Assembly: GCA_046074645.1 (NCBI GenBank)
Contig: JBJTOP010000227.1
Span: 40,590 to 104,589 of the forward strand
DNA: 64,000 bases
DNA from: Planctomycetaceae bacterium
GTDB lineage: Bacteria; Planctomycetota; Planctomycetia; Planctomycetales; Planctomycetaceae
Reading direction: 5' to 3'
The notes under the pieces are model-generated. The model saw only the letters and a program-made list of their open reading frames with translations, ran no database searches and was not told the origin of the DNA. Positions 47,521-55,991 of this stretch are shown piece by piece. A program made the translations under genes and the position numbers. Position 1 is the stretch's first letter. The number at the start of each line of letters is the position of its first letter.

Positions 47521-48471
47521 TTACTTTGCCGCGGCTTCATAGGGTGCCCTGGGGTTGCGGCGGCGGGGTGGGTCGATGTAGTGGTAGCCGGTATTGGGAT
47601 TGGTGCGGTCGTAGGCGAAAGCATCGCGATTTTTCAGAAAGTGCCGGAGGTAAGAGACGGGGATAGCAAAGCCAAGTCCCTCGCCAAAGGTGAGTTTCAT
47701 ATTGATGACTCCGACAACCTGTCCGCGATCATTGAACAGTGGTCCGCCGCTGTTGCCAGGATTGATCTGAGCTGTCGTCTGAATGTAGACAACGCCTTCC
47801 ATGTTGCGGTTGCGGGTACTTACGATGCCTTCGGACACGGAACGTTCCAGTCCGAGCGGGCTGCCGATGGCGAATACGGTGTCACCTTCGCGATGTGAGT
47901 CATCTTCGGCGATAAACACTGGCTGAAATGCCAGTTTATCCTGCGGAGGGATTTCCAGCAGGGCGAGATCGAAATGGGGGTTGAGGGCAAGGATTTTTAC
48001 GTCGCGGATGGAGCAGCGTTCGAAGTCACCTTCCGGACTGCGGTGAAAGATGGTGACGGCAACGCGAGTCTGGCCTTCGACAACGTGATAATTAGTGACG
48101 CACCAGCCGCGATCATTGATAATGAAGCCCGATCCCAGTCCACCTGGAGTTTCGATGAGTACCACACCTTCGCCGAAGGTGGAGACGAGTTCCTTGACGG
48201 TTCGTTCGGGAAGTTCGGCTGTCTGGAAGACGGCACCCTCGGCGTCTTTGGCAGCGGGTTTGGCGGGTTCGGAGGTTGTACGTTCCTGAATCTGATCGAC
48301 GGGAACTTTGATTATGTCCACGCCGATATCGACGAACAGCGTATCGCGGCTGACTTTGAGCACTTCGCCTTCGATTCGCTGACCTGAGCGGAGCACGATG
48401 ACATCGGCGGGAAGAGTGGCGGCGGAGTTCAGGAGCACACAGCCGGCAAAAGTGAGTATCAGACCGCGCAT
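47521..48471 (-). CDS. Trypsin-like serine protease (S1C/HtrA-like, no obvious PDZ)
   Basis: Catalytic triad context: TNYHVV (His), D in FDLALLEI, and GNSGGPL (Ser). Signal peptide present. Confidence 0.8.
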   Translation of the reverse strand: MRGLILTFAGCVLLNSAATLPADVIVLRSGQRIEGEVLKVSRDTLFVDIGVDIIKVPVDQIQERTTSEPAKPAAKDAEGAVFQTAELPERTVKELVSTFGEGVVLIETPGGLGSGFIINDRGWCVTNYHVVEGQTRVAVTIFHRSPEGDFERCSIRDVKILALNPHFDLALLEIPPQDKLAFQPVFIAEDDSHREGDTVFAIGSPLGLERSVSEGIVSTRNRNMEGVVYIQTTAQINPGNSGGPLFNDRGQVVGVINMKLTFGEGLGFAIPVSYLRHFLKNRDAFAYDRTNPNTGYHYIDPPRRRNPRAPYEAAAK

Positions 48472-48482
48472 CAGTTGGGTTC

Positions 48483-49958
48483 CTAAGAGAGGATATCCTG
48501 GATGACGGTGCCAGCAACGTCTGTGAGGCGGAAGCGGCGGCCGTTGTATTTGTAGGTGAGTCGTTCGTGGTCCATACCAAGGAGATGCAGGATGGTTGCG
48601 TGGAGGTCGTTCAGGTGGACGCGATTCTCGGCGGACTTATAGCCGATTTCGTCTGAACTGCCGTAGCTGATTCCGCCCTTCACTCCGCCACCGGCCAGCC
48701 AGCAGACCATGTGATGGGGGTTGTGGTCTCGTCCGGGTTTACCACCAGTTTGAGCGATGGGGAGGCGGCCGAATTCCCCGCACCAGATCACAAGCGTGTC
48801 CTCCAGCAGTCCACTGGCGGCCATATCGGTAAGCAATGCGGCGACGGGTTTATCAGTTTCGCCAGCGAACTGGCGATGATTGCCCTCGATGTCGTTATGG
48901 CCGTCCCAGGATCGCTGATTTTCCATGCCGCCGGAATAGATCTGTACGAAGCGAACGCCGCGTTCCACGAGCCGGCGGGCGGTGAGACATTGTCTGGCGA
49001 AATGTTCGCACTGGGGATCGTCGATGCCGTAGAGAGTCTGGGTGGCCAGAGTTTCCTGGGAGAGGTCGAGGGCTTCCGGGGCAGCGACCTGCATACGGTA
49101 GGCCAGTTCGAAGCTTTCGATGCGTGCCGTCAGTTCAGAATCACCTTCCCGCTGCTGCTGGTGGAAGGTATTGAGTTGTTTGAGGAGGTCGAGGCTGGAG
49201 CGCTGGGACTGGGGGGACAGATCACCCGGTCGATTGAGGTTGTCGATGGGGTCGCCCGAGGGCTTGACCCAGGTGCCCTGGAATACACCAGGAAGAAAAC
49301 CGGCGCTCCAGTTGGCAGCGTGTCCTTTGGGGAGTCCACGACCTTTGGGATCGCTCATCACCACAAAGCCCGGAAGGTTGGCGCTTTCACTGCCGAGTCC
49401 GTATGTCACCCATGAGCCAACACAGGGGAAGCCCATGCGGGGCAGACCGGTGTTGATGGCAAAGAGTGCGGGTGAGTGGTTGTTGGATTCGGTGAAGGCG
49501 GACTGGATGACCGCCATGCGATCTACGTGTTCACCGAGATACGGAAAGATGTCCGGCACCATCTTTCCGCATTGTCCTCGTGGCGTGAATTTAAACGGCG
49601 ACTGCATCAGGTTGCCGACGGCGTGCTTGAAGAATCCGGTCGTGTCGCTGAAGCTGGAGTCGAATTCGCGGATGGACTTACCGTCCCAGCGACTGAGTTC
49701 GGGACGGTGGTTCCATGTATCCACAGGGCTGGGGCCACCGTTGATAAAGATCCAGATGACGCGTTTGGCACGGGCCGGGAAATGGCTGGGTTGCGGGGCG
49801 AGCGGGTTGATGGACCGATTGCCAAGGCCGTCAGCAGCTGAGGCGGTTTCCAGAAGCCCCTGATCGTGCAGGAGTCCTGCCAGGCCCAGCAATCCAAATC
49901 CGCAACCCGTACGCTGGAGGATGCTGCGGCGGGACGGAATTGCAGGGTGGTGGTTCAT
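48483..49958 (-). CDS. DUF1501 domain protein (sulfatase-like fold, Tat-exported)
   Basis: Start at MNHHPAIPSRRSILQRTGCGFGLLGLAGLL (twin-Arg). The rest matches the planctomycete DUF1501 family (e.g. DGHNDIEGNHRQ, WCGEFGR). The ORF track extends to 50270. Confidence 0.8.
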   Translation of the reverse strand: MNHHPAIPSRRSILQRTGCGFGLLGLAGLLHDQGLLETASAADGLGNRSINPLAPQPSHFPARAKRVIWIFINGGPSPVDTWNHRPELSRWDGKSIREFDSSFSDTTGFFKHAVGNLMQSPFKFTPRGQCGKMVPDIFPYLGEHVDRMAVIQSAFTESNNHSPALFAINTGLPRMGFPCVGSWVTYGLGSESANLPGFVVMSDPKGRGLPKGHAANWSAGFLPGVFQGTWVKPSGDPIDNLNRPGDLSPQSQRSSLDLLKQLNTFHQQQREGDSELTARIESFELAYRMQVAAPEALDLSQETLATQTLYGIDDPQCEHFARQCLTARRLVERGVRFVQIYSGGMENQRSWDGHNDIEGNHRQFAGETDKPVAALLTDMAASGLLEDTLVIWCGEFGRLPIAQTGGKPGRDHNPHHMVCWLAGGGVKGGISYGSSDEIGYKSAENRVHLNDLHATILHLLGMDHERLTYKYNGRRFRLTDVAGTVIQDILS

Positions 49959-50250
49959 GGCGGTGCTTTCGGCAGGCGTGGGCCGGAGGGTGCCGGAACG
50001 GGGATTGAGGGCAGCCGAAATTCTACTCTTTTGAGCGTCCCAGGCAAATGCGAATGCCTGTCCCGGACTGGGAATCATCGGATGTTCCCTGAGTTCCAAA
50101 ATACAGGATCTGCAGATCCTTTTCCCGGTTTCATTTGAGTTTGCTCTGCTGACACCTTCAAATACGGACCCACCAGCCAGTGCGGTGCATTTACCGTCGA
50201 AAGACCTCACGCACGCATTCCCGCCCCTGCCCCAGATTCGGACGCCTTCC

Positions 50251-50916
50251 ATGACTGTGACCGATTCCAATCAACCGGCACCCGACAGTCCTGCTGACTC
50301 TTCTGCTGCAAACTGCTGCCACAATCCCGGCTCCTGCACACCTCGCCGAAGCCTGCTTTACCAGGGCCTGACGGCACTGATCAGTACGATCATCGTCGCG
50401 ATTCCGGCAAGCCTTGGAGGCTTGTTTTTTCTCGACCCCATCCTGCGTCGACAAAAGTCCTCCAACAGCAGTCAACCCGGAGCTGCTGCTCGAAAAGACG
50501 AAAACGGCTTTATCCGACTGGATGTCACTCGCGAAGCAGTGCCTCAGGATGGTACGCCGGTGTCCGTCACGGTGTTTGACGACATCGAGGACGCCTGGAA
50601 CCGCTTTCCGAATGTTCCCGTCGGCAGCATCTGGCTTCGAAAGGTTGGCGATGGCCCAATTCTGGCATTCAATTCCATTTGTCCTCATCTGGGCTGTTCT
50701 GTGAACTATCGCCGGGCAGAGAATGACTTCTTCTGCCCATGTCACACCAGCGCGTTTGCTTTGGATGGAAAGAAATCCAACGAGGTACCTCCGCGAGACA
50801 TGGATGCTTTGGAAGTTGCCATGCGAACCGGTGGCAAGGATGATCCGGCTGGAAGTGAGATCTGGGTGAAGTTCCAGAACTTTCGCCGGGCGACTTCAGA
50901 GCGAATCCCAATCTGA
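50251..50916 (+). CDS. Rieske [2Fe-2S] iron-sulfur subunit of a cytochrome bc-type complex
   Basis: Rieske boxes CPHLGC and CPCHTS, and an N-terminal TM anchor. Start set at MTVTDSNQ (50251). Confidence 0.8.
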   Translation: MTVTDSNQPAPDSPADSSAANCCHNPGSCTPRRSLLYQGLTALISTIIVAIPASLGGLFFLDPILRRQKSSNSSQPGAAARKDENGFIRLDVTREAVPQDGTPVSVTVFDDIEDAWNRFPNVPVGSIWLRKVGDGPILAFNSICPHLGCSVNYRRAENDFFCPCHTSAFALDGKKSNEVPPRDMDALEVAMRTGGKDDPAGSEIWVKFQNFRRATSERIPI

Positions 50917-50991
50917 ACCACCGGCCCACAGCAACTCCTGCCCGAACACCCACCGCAAGTCACCCGTTCCCGCCTCGGAAAGTTCCCGTCG

Positions 50992-52938
50992 ATGAACGCT
51001 CTGCTTAACTGGTTTGATGACCGTACCGGCGTCCGCAAACTTCTGCATGAAGCCCTCTACGAATCTGTTCCTGGCGGTGCTCGCTGGCGCTACGTCTGGG
51101 GCAGCACCCTTGTGTTCACATTCGTCGTTCAGGTGATCACCGGCTTCATGCTCTGGTCCGCCTACAGCCCCAGCACTCGCACGGCGTGGGAAAGCGTCTT
51201 CTACATCCAGTACGAAATGACTCTGGGCAGCGTCATTCGTGGCCTGCACCATTACTCCGCCCAGGCCATGGTGGTGCTCATGGCAATTCACCTCATGCAG
51301 GTCGTGATCGACGGCGCCTACAAAGCGCCGCGCGAAATGAATTTCTGGCTGGGAATCGTGCTGATGATGATCGTTCTCGGATTGTCTCTCACCGGCTACC
51401 TGCTTCCCTGGGACCAGAAAGGCTACTACGCAACTCAGGTAACCACCAACATCATGAGTGCCACTCCGGTAGTTGGGGCCGAAGTTCAGACACTGGCCCA
51501 GGGCGGCCGTGACTACGGCCATCTGACACTCACCCGATTCTTTGCCATGCACGCCGGTATCCTTCCCGCAATGCTGGTGGGGTTCCTTGCGCTTCACATC
51601 TATGTCTTTCGCCGACACGGGCTCACGGTACACGATCCCAAACATGCGCCCGATGCTCAGTTCTGGCCGGATCAGGTGCTGAAGGATGCCGTAGCCTGTC
51701 TGGGAGTGCTCTCTGTGGTGCTCATGCTGGCAGTGCTGCGCCCCGCTGAGCTCAGCGCCCCTGCCGACCCTGCGGTGAAATTCGACGCCGCCCGGCCCGA
51801 ATGGTACTTCCTCTTCCTCTTCCGGTTCCTCCGATTCCACGCCGTCGAAGCTCTGGGACTCACCTTCGGAGCCATCATTGTGCCAGGAATCATCATGGGA
51901 ATCATCGCGGTCATGCCGTTGACCGAGCGAGTTCTTGGGCGGGCCGGACACTTCCTCAACAAAGCCTTCATGTGGTCACTCGCCGTCGGCGTCGTGGTGC
52001 TCACCGTGATGGCCTTCTACGAAGACGCCAACGATCCAGGTCACCAGGCTGCTCTTGCAGAAGCTCATCGCGATGCAGGGCGAGCGATTGAGCTGGCGAA
52101 GAGCCCGGATCGGATTCCCGTGGACGGCGCTGTGGCTTTGCTGCGCCGCGATCCATTCACTCAGGGACCCCGCCTGTTCGCTCAGCACTGCGCCAGCTGC
52201 CACCGCTGGAATGGCCACGACGGCCGCGGAACTCTCGTCACTGACGCACTCAAACCCGGCGAATCCGGTGCCCCTCCCGTCACGCCCCCCACGGCAGCAG
52301 ACCTTGGCAACTTCGCAAGTCGTGACTGGATGAAGGCGATCCTCGTCGATTATTCAAACCACTTCCGCTGGCTGAAAAACGCCAGCTGGTACTCCGTCGC
52401 CAAAGAACAGCAGAGCAAAGGTGAATCCGTCGAGTTTCTCGATCCCGACGCATCCGAAATGGCCGACTGGACATCCGGCAACGCTGAGTCGCTCAAATCG
52501 CCCGAAAACGCGGACAATGTGACCGCGCTGGTTGAGTTTCTGTTTGCTGAAGCTGCACGCCCCGGGGCAGAATTAGATGCGGCACTTGTGGCCAAAGGAA
52601 AAGCCCTTGCCACCGAAGGCAACTGGGCAGGCGCACTCAATGGGACGTCCTGCAGTTCCTGTCACGACACGATCGGCCAGCCCTTTCCAGCGGAAGTCGA
52701 CGAGTCCAGCGGCAACGGATATCCAACCTTGGCAGCATACGGTTCAGGGGCCTGGCTGAAGGACTTTATCCGTCATCCGGATGCCCTGAGGCACTATGGT
52801 GCGAAGAACCGCATGCCGGCGTACTCCGCTAAGCAGCTTACCGACACCGATCTGGAGCTGCTTGTGCGCTGGATGACCGGAGACTATCCGAAGTCCACCG
52901 TAGCGGACTATCCTTCGATGCTGGAGCGAATTCCCTGA
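50992..52938 (+). CDS. Cytochrome b (b6-like) fused to a C-terminal dihaem cytochrome c domain
   Basis: N-terminal cytochrome b core with haem-ligand His in helices (RGLHHYSAQAMVVLMAIHLMQ..., FFAMHAGILP...ALHIYVF) and the PEW-like LPWDQ motif. The C-terminal soluble part has two CxxCH motifs (CASCH, CSSCH). Confidence 0.85.
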   Translation: MNALLNWFDDRTGVRKLLHEALYESVPGGARWRYVWGSTLVFTFVVQVITGFMLWSAYSPSTRTAWESVFYIQYEMTLGSVIRGLHHYSAQAMVVLMAIHLMQVVIDGAYKAPREMNFWLGIVLMMIVLGLSLTGYLLPWDQKGYYATQVTTNIMSATPVVGAEVQTLAQGGRDYGHLTLTRFFAMHAGILPAMLVGFLALHIYVFRRHGLTVHDPKHAPDAQFWPDQVLKDAVACLGVLSVVLMLAVLRPAELSAPADPAVKFDAARPEWYFLFLFRFLRFHAVEALGLTFGAIIVPGIIMGIIAVMPLTERVLGRAGHFLNKAFMWSLAVGVVVLTVMAFYEDANDPGHQAALAEAHRDAGRAIELAKSPDRIPVDGAVALLRRDPFTQGPRLFAQHCASCHRWNGHDGRGTLVTDALKPGESGAPPVTPPTAADLGNFASRDWMKAILVDYSNHFRWLKNASWYSVAKEQQSKGESVEFLDPDASEMADWTSGNAESLKSPENADNVTALVEFLFAEAARPGAELDAALVAKGKALATEGNWAGALNGTSCSSCHDTIGQPFPAEVDESSGNGYPTLAAYGSGAWLKDFIRHPDALRHYGAKNRMPAYSAKQLTDTDLELLVRWMTGDYPKSTVADYPSMLERIP

Positions 52939-52959
52939 CCGAAACAGGGAACTCGAATT

Positions 52960-53589
52960 TCACGGAAGCGACGTCAGCCGCTCTACGGACAGCACTTCAT
53001 GGAAGAACCACGGTTTGCCTGCCATCTTTTTCCAGATAGCGGTCTGCGATGGAAAACCGGTTCCGTCGACTTCGCGCCACTCACTGAAGCGGTAGATGTC
53101 GTCACGCCAGTCGATGCGGATAAGGCGAAAAGTCTGAGAGTCAAAGTGCAGGTCCATTGCGGGAGTCACGGTACCTGAAGCACGAACAGCCTGCGTGGTT
53201 GCCCCGGATTCCTGAACGCCGGGGATTTTTTGCAGCTGTGTGGCGGGGTCGTTAAGCAATCCCAGAGTCCAGGCCCAGACCACAAATTTTGCCGGTTCTG
53301 CTCCACGTTCTTTGCCTTCCACCGTCCAGATTTTCGGGGGCTGCAGGATGGAGTTGCGTGACTGAGATTTTGTTGAGGGTGCTTTTTCGGCGCCAGCATT
53401 GTAACGCTCGACCATTTTGAAGGTCGTGAGCAGCTTTTCGCGGCCACCGGCAGCCGCATTGACAGACTGTACCAGTTGTTTTGTGTCATCGCTGCCGGGT
53501 GTTCCGTTGCTGGTTTCCTGGGCAGCAGCAAACGGCGTCAGAACACAGATGCCAATGGCAATAAAGAAACAGTGATGGACTGCAATCAT
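52960..53589 (-). CDS. Secreted hypothetical protein
   Basis: Signal peptide MIAVHHCFFIAIGICVLTPFAAAQ. No recognised domain. Its start overlaps the stop of the HEPN gene by 4 bp. Confidence 0.5.
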   Translation of the reverse strand: MIAVHHCFFIAIGICVLTPFAAAQETSNGTPGSDDTKQLVQSVNAAAGGREKLLTTFKMVERYNAGAEKAPSTKSQSRNSILQPPKIWTVEGKERGAEPAKFVVWAWTLGLLNDPATQLQKIPGVQESGATTQAVRASGTVTPAMDLHFDSQTFRLIRIDWRDDIYRFSEWREVDGTGFPSQTAIWKKMAGKPWFFHEVLSVERLTSLP

Positions 53590-54353
53590 GCGGGGCCGCC
53601 AGCTCGAAAGGGGGGTGGGACAACGACTTCGTCGGCAGGTCGGACGGCGCGGGCGACAGAGTCGCCAGCGAGTTCCGGAGCTTTAAGCTGGATCTGAACA
53701 GAAGGTTCGCAGTAGGGGCAACTGGCGGTGTAAATGATACAGCCGCAGTTTGAGCATTCGCGGGGGCCGTGCTGATGCAGGGATTCCCGGGTGACCTGCC
53801 ACCATGCAATTCGCATGAGTGCGAGGAACACCAGAAAGGCCATCAACCATGACCATGGAGCGTGGCCAAATGCGATGATTGCGGTATCGAGTGCGATACC
53901 GCTGGCTCCGCAGAGCAGAAAAGGCCAGAGTTTTCCGAAGAAATCAGGTGCTTCGGGAGGACCGATTTCGTCGCGCCAGAGTCGTCCGAGTGATTCGCGA
54001 CGGAGTCGAGCGGCACGCTGAGCGGCGGGACTGCCAACGGCCACCAGGAGTCTTTCGATGCCGTCGGTGATGCGGTAAACATCGTTTTCGTGGATGTGCT
54101 GCTGATGAGCCCAGCGGTTGCGGTATTCGCGAAGTTCACTCACGAGACTGCGTTCGACGAAGCTGAGTTGGAAGCGGAAGACGTCGTTCCAGTGATCCCA
54201 CATGAAAACGAGGAGCGACTGGGCGTCCCACGACTGAATATCGGTGCGTGTCTGTTGATTTTCGGCCAGCAGTTCATCCGTAACGCAGCGAGCCACATAC
54301 GGCCTGAGGCCGATGGCAAGAACATCGAGTGCGTTGGAGACGGGATCGATCAC
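53586..54353 (-). CDS. Swt1-like HEPN domain protein with C-terminal TM hairpin and zinc-ribbon
   Basis: WDHWNDVFRFQLSFVERSLVSELREYRNRWAHQQHIHENDVYRITDGIERLL: the Rx4H HEPN motif (RNRWAH) in the conserved Swt1-HEPN context. It is followed by two TM helices and CSNCGCIIYTASCPYCE. Confidence 0.6.
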   Translation of the reverse strand: MIDPVSNALDVLAIGLRPYVARCVTDELLAENQQTRTDIQSWDAQSLLVFMWDHWNDVFRFQLSFVERSLVSELREYRNRWAHQQHIHENDVYRITDGIERLLVAVGSPAAQRAARLRRESLGRLWRDEIGPPEAPDFFGKLWPFLLCGASGIALDTAIIAFGHAPWSWLMAFLVFLALMRIAWWQVTRESLHQHGPRECSNCGCIIYTASCPYCEPSVQIQLKAPELAGDSVARAVRPADEVVVPPPFRAGGPA

Positions 54354-54703
54354 GGGATTGACTCATCGAGACTGAAGAACGGGCGGACCGAAAATTTCGG
54401 AGCCTTTGCGGAGTTGTGGTCATGTCGAGGTGCTGACAGTCAACAGATGTTGCAGGAGTAAGCGCAAGGTGAGAGGCAACTCGTCCCAATTAGACGTTTC
54501 AAATCTTCAAATGTCTGAGTCGGAAAACAGGATTCCGATCGATGTTATAGGAATCTGCGGAAGACTTTGTCGATTGTACGGGTAGGGTAATCTGTAGTGG
54601 AGCTGATTGGGGTTCAGGATGCCCGACGTTGTTGATTCGCCATCCCGTCAACATCTCGCTAAGATCCCTGCAACCCTGCAGTTCGGTCAGTCAGAGAAAC
54701 TGG

Positions 54704-55354
54704 AACATGGCAGAGCAACTGGCGTCCACCGATTATTCTTCCTTTGAAGACGATCAGCGAATGATCCGTCTGCAGGAGGGGGATGCGCGGGCGTTTGCAG
54801 AGATTGTGGCGGTCTGGCAGGCCCCGCTGCTGCGGTTTTTTTATCGCAGTACCCGGGATGCAGCGATATCTGAGGACCTGGTCCAGGAGACTCTGTTAAG
54901 GCTTTACCGCACCGCATGGGACTACCTTCCCCAGGGGCTGTTTCGCGGTTTCCTGTTCCGTATTGCCCGCAATCTGCTGATCGATCATTGTCGCAGGCAG
55001 GTTTCAGACCTGCTGGTGCGTTCCGTCCGCCACCGTCCGGGGTTTGGTGATGACGGCGACAGCAGCTGGCTATCAGAGCTGCCAGGATCTGCGCGGACAG
55101 CAGAATCGACCGCGGAGGACCATGAGGTGGACTTGCTTGTCCGCAGACTGCTGCAGGATTTCCCGGAGGAGCAGCGGGTGACATTCACTCTATATCACTA
55201 CGATTCTCTGACACTGCCGGAAATCGCGGACGCGACCAATTCCGGCCTTTCCACCACCAAGAGCCGATTACGTCTGGCCCGTGAAAAGCTGCGAGAGCAA
55301 TTGACAGCACGGGGCTTCGGTGAGGGATACCGCGAACCATTCGGCTCTATCTAG
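54704..55354 (+). CDS. ECF-subfamily RNA polymerase sigma-70 factor
   Basis: Region 2 (EDLVQETLLRLYR, FRIARNLLIDHCRR) and region 4 (LTLPEIADATNSGLSTTKSRLRLAREKL). Start set at MAEQLAST (54704). Confidence 0.8.
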   Translation, partial: NMAEQLASTDYSSFEDDQRMIRLQEGDARAFAEIVAVWQAPLLRFFYRSTRDAAISEDLVQETLLRLYRTAWDYLPQGLFRGFLFRIARNLLIDHCRRQVSDLLVRSVRHRPGFGDDGDSSWLSELPGSARTAESTAEDHEVDLLVRRLLQDFPEEQRVTFTLYHYDSLTLPEIADATNSGLSTTKSRLRLAREKLREQLTARGFGEGYREPFGSI

Positions 55355-55396
55355 TTGACCCACTCTTTATTTCCTTACACGCACGCGAAGCCCGTC

Positions 55397-55939
55397 ATGC
55401 CACACTTCAGCCGACTCACAGACATCATCACCTGCAGCCTCACTGACATGCTCAGGTCCGCTGAGAACCCTCGTCAGCTGCTGCAGGAAGTTCTTGCGGA
55501 AATGCAGGAGGGTCTGGCAGCCTGCCAAAGAAATGTGCGTTCCAGCACTGCCAACCACCAGCGACTTGAACGGGAAATTCAGGACTGTCTGTCGCAGATT
55601 GAAGACTGGCGCAACCGAGCTCGCCAGGCTCTGCAGAACGGCAGCGAATCAAGTGCTCGCCAGGCCCTGCAGCGTAAAGCCGAAATTGAAGCGCTCGTGG
55701 AAGGGCTCCGCCCGGAGCTCGAGGCGGCCGCATCCACCTGCCAGAATCTCATTCGCATCCGCAATGCACTCGATGCCCGATTTGCAGAGGCGCTGCGTTG
55801 CATGGAGGAACTCACCGGTACATCACTGCACCTGACCGCTGACAATTCGGTTGAAGCCGCACTGGCTCCAGCAATCACTCGCCGTAACGATGCCCTCGAA
55901 GCCGAACTCGAAGCACTCCGACGTGAACTTGGAAACTAA
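55397..55939 (+). CDS. pspA: PspA/IM30 family protein (phage-shock protein A / Vipp1-like)
   Basis: MPHFSRLTDIITCSLTDMLRSAENPRQLLQEVLAEMQEGL aligns with the PspA N-terminus ([28 protein letters not shown]...). Coiled-coil composition throughout. Confidence 0.7.
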   Translation: MPHFSRLTDIITCSLTDMLRSAENPRQLLQEVLAEMQEGLAACQRNVRSSTANHQRLEREIQDCLSQIEDWRNRARQALQNGSESSARQALQRKAEIEALVEGLRPELEAAASTCQNLIRIRNALDARFAEALRCMEELTGTSLHLTADNSVEAALAPAITRRNDALEAELEALRRELGN

Positions 55940-55991
55940 ACACACACCGAACTTTTTCCCACCTTTTCCGGCCCTGCAGGGGTTCCACGAC

